Shown piece after piece: positions 4,559-6,260 of a stretch of 6,260 nucleotides of DNA (position 1 is the stretch's first letter; every line of letters starts with the position of its first letter). The notes below the pieces were generated by a model. That model saw only the letters and a list, made by a program, of their open reading frames with translations, searched no databases and was not told the origin of the DNA. The DNA is from a virus. The stretch covers positions 1 to 6,260 of IMG/VR virus record IMGVR_UViG_3300020030_000118, one strand, 5' to 3'. Both the position numbers and the translations under genes were made by a program.

Positions 4559-6258
4559 TTACTAAAGGATTGCAGAATAAGCTAATAACTCGTTGTCAGC
4601 ACCCTCGTACGGTTATCAATAAGTATACGCATGAGCCCGTTGTTGTTTCTTGCGGCTCTTGCCCTTCTTGTGTTCTTCGTCGTTCCGGTATTCAGACTAA
4701 CCTGCTTACTACTTATTCTGCTCAGTTCCGTTATGTATACTTTGTTACTCTTACTTATGCTCCTTGTTTCCTCCCTACTTTTGAAGTTTCGGTTGTTGAA
4801 ACTTGTACGGACGATATTGCGGATGTATCCGTTGTTCCCGATATTAATAACTTGGACGCTGATAACCCTAACACTTATTTGTTTGGTTTTCGCAGCGTTC
4901 CTCGTTCCTCTTCTGTTAAGTTAAAAAACTCTACTGTTGAGCGTGTTTTCAAAGACCCTGAGATAAGATTTTCTTATCCTATGAAATCTAAGGATTTATT
5001 GTCTATTCTTGGTAAGATTAACCATGATGTTCCTAATAGAATTCCTTATGTTTGCAATCGCGACCTCGACTTATTTTTAAAACGCCTAAGAAGTTACTAC
5101 CCTGATGAGAAATTACGTTACTACGCTGTATCAGAATACGGCCCTACCAGTTTCCGCCCGCATTGGCATCTGTTATTGTTTTCCAATTCCGAGCGATTCT
5201 CGAAAACTGTTTGTGAAAATGTATCTAAAGCTTGGTCTTACGGACGTTGTGATGCGTCACTCTCGAGAGGATTCGCAGCACCGTATGTTGCGTCGTATGT
5301 TAATAGCTTTGTCGCTTTACCCGAATTTTATACTCAGATGCCAAAAGTGGTGCGCCCTAAATCCTTCCATTCCATTGGATTTACAGAATCAAATCTCTTT
5401 CCTCGAAAGGTACGAATTGCCGAAATTGATGAAGTTGCCGATAAATGCCTTGATGGAGTCCTCGTTGAGCGCAATGGACATTTTCGCACAATTAAACCTA
5501 CATGGCCGTATCTCCTTCGATTATTCCCCCGATTTTCGGACGCTATTCGTAAATCTCCATCGAGTATTTACCAGTTACTTTCTGCTGCGTTCACAGCGCC
5601 CGAACGAGTCATTCGTAGCGGATGCGCCGATATAGGATGTGATCCGTTTTCCACAAGTTCCAAGCAAAGTATTTTGTCTTTTTGTAAACAGTATTTAAAT
5701 TATGTAGATAATTATGGAAAAGAATATTCTTCAAGAAATTTTCTTGTACCAAAGGAGAACTTACCGCATAGTGATGTTCTTATTCTTTCTGAATGTCGTC
5801 TCTATGATGGTGTTAATTTGGATCCGGATTTTCGTTTGTCCCGCTGCTATCGATTTTTCCTCTCGATGTCTAAGTTCTTTCGAACGTATAATGATGAGTT
5901 TGGAGCAAACTTCTACCCCGAATCCGAACAATATGCCGGCTGCTTTGCGTGTCGAGACAGAACTTTTCGAATCCTCTCCGAATCAATAGTATCCTTTTGG
6001 AATCGGTATGACTATAATCGTCTGGTTGATTTTTATCGGACTTTGGAAGATTCCAATGATAAGGATTTGGTTGATTTTGAGCTTCGTAATTATTCGTTTC
6101 GTTATAATAGGATTGATTATGGTAAGAAAGCGGAGCCCGATTATAAAACACTTCCTCTTGTTCGTCGTTTGGCCGCTGCTGCATTGATTAAATGTAGAGA
6201 TAAGGTTAAACACAAGAGTTTGAATGATTTGTCTGGCATTTATTCTTACCATGACTGA
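4555..6258 (+). CDS. VP4: Rolling-circle replication initiator (HUH endonuclease superfamily; Microviridae VP4 / phiX174 gpA-like), 567 aa
   Basis: N-terminal Cys cluster CQHP...CGSCPSC. RCR motif 1 is FVTLTY (4741..4758). The HUH motif is HWHLLLF (5161..5181). The two-tyrosine motif is YVASYVNS (Tyr244 at 5284..5286 and Tyr248 at 5296..5298), with Y-x3-Y spacing as for the two catalytic tyrosines of phiX174 gpA. The 3' end lies in the terminal repeat. Confidence 0.95.
   Translation: MITKGLQNKLITRCQHPRTVINKYTHEPVVVSCGSCPSCVLRRSGIQTNLLTTYSAQFRYVYFVTLTYAPCFLPTFEVSVVETCTDDIADVSVVPDINNLDADNPNTYLFGFRSVPRSSSVKLKNSTVERVFKDPEIRFSYPMKSKDLLSILGKINHDVPNRIPYVCNRDLDLFLKRLRSYYPDEKLRYYAVSEYGPTSFRPHWHLLLFSNSERFSKTVCENVSKAWSYGRCDASLSRGFAAPYVASYVNSFVALPEFYTQMPKVVRPKSFHSIGFTESNLFPRKVRIAEIDEVADKCLDGVLVERNGHFRTIKPTWPYLLRLFPRFSDAIRKSPSSIYQLLSAAFTAPERVIRSGCADIGCDPFSTSSKQSILSFCKQYLNYVDNYGKEYSSRNFLVPKENLPHSDVLILSECRLYDGVNLDPDFRLSRCYRFFLSMSKFFRTYNDEFGANFYPESEQYAGCFACRDRTFRILSESIVSFWNRYDYNRLVDFYRTLEDSNDKDLVDFELRNYSFRYNRIDYGKKAEPDYKTLPLVRRLAAAALIKCRDKVKHKSLNDLSGIYSYHD
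4840..4851 (+). other. Candidate viral (+) strand origin core / Rep nick site: GATATTAATAAC, with the predicted nick between G4840 and A4841 by analogy with phiX174
   Basis: 12/12 identity with the phiX174 origin core (CAACTTG/ATATTAATAAC...). It lies inside the Rep gene, in the same codon phase (GAT ATT AAT AAC = DINN), at codons 96..99. Confidence 0.5.
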
Positions 6259-6260
6259 TA
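6167..6260 (+). repeat. Terminal redundancy, copy 2 (identical to 1..94)
   Basis: Exact 94-nt identity with the window start. Confidence 0.95.

Noticed and set aside
5966-5974. TTCGAATCC, resembling a tRNA T-loop
   Set aside because: The flanking bases (aactt / tctcc) cannot form a T-stem, there is no acceptor or anticodon arm, and the site lies inside the Rep ORF.
174-5989. + strand alternative-frame ORFs nested in VP1, VP2 and VP4 (174..392, 1182..1364, 1419..1601, 2732..2962, 4631..4924, 5105..5635, 5714..5989), several strikingly hydrophobic and reminiscent of overprinted phiX genes such as E
   Set aside because: All of them lie in the frame where the T-rich third positions of the true gene become codon position 2. 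That forces Phe/Leu/Ile/Val/Met codons and forbids stop codons, since TAA, TAG and TGA need a purine at position 2. Long hydrophobic ORFs in that frame are therefore expected by composition alone. The 97-aa ORF 4631..4924 has an ATG start and multiple TM-like segments. It is the only one worth a conservation check as a possible overprinted membrane protein; I do not call it.
107-6252. Minus-strand ORFs of 61..116 aa (107..295, 596..784, 883..1125, 1252..1452, 1550..1900, 2003..2248, 2479..2688, 2597..2782, 2890..3204, 3247..3477, 4231..4443, 5870..6184, 5983..6252)
   Set aside because: All lie antisense to strongly supported genes. Their products are Ile/Lys/Arg/Asn-rich low-complexity sequences, as expected from the complement of a T-rich strand. 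Microviridae transcribe one strand only.

Overview
This window is one complete, circularly permuted Microviridae (ssDNA phage) genome. Bases 1..94 are repeated exactly at 6167..6260, so the unit genome is 6166 nt and the repeat is an assembly overlap of a circle. All credible genes are on the + strand, which is T-rich with T favoured at codon position 3. In order they are: major capsid protein VP1/F-like (119..1969), an acidic 160-aa protein (1982..2464), minor capsid/DNA-pilot VP2-like protein (2464..3525), a ~470-nt hairpin-rich noncoding region (3526..3993), two small overlapping ORFs (3994..4167 and 4157..4246), a minimal 102-aa M15 zinc peptidoglycan peptidase (4250..4558), and a 567-aa HUH rolling-circle Rep VP4/gpA-like protein (4555..6258) that runs into the terminal repeat. 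Genome size, the large Rep, the absence of Shine-Dalgarno sequences and a Bacteroides-type promoter match suggest an Alpavirinae-like microvirus of a Bacteroidetes host. Four observations stand out. (1) A 12-nt exact match to the phiX174 viral-strand origin core lies inside the Rep gene, in the same reading frame and at a similar position as in phiX gene A. (2) An endolysin-type M15 peptidase is preceded by a 29-aa single-pass membrane peptide, a possible holin/endolysin-like lysis module in a family better known for single-gene lysis. (3) The long noncoding region is unusually GC-rich (about 50% GC by hand count) and carries stacked hairpins, including a GCGAAGC mini-hairpin; it is a candidate complementary-strand origin plus terminator and promoter. 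(4) The T3 codon bias explains the many hydrophobic alternative-frame ORFs as artefacts. No tRNA, rRNA, CRISPR array or transposase was found.
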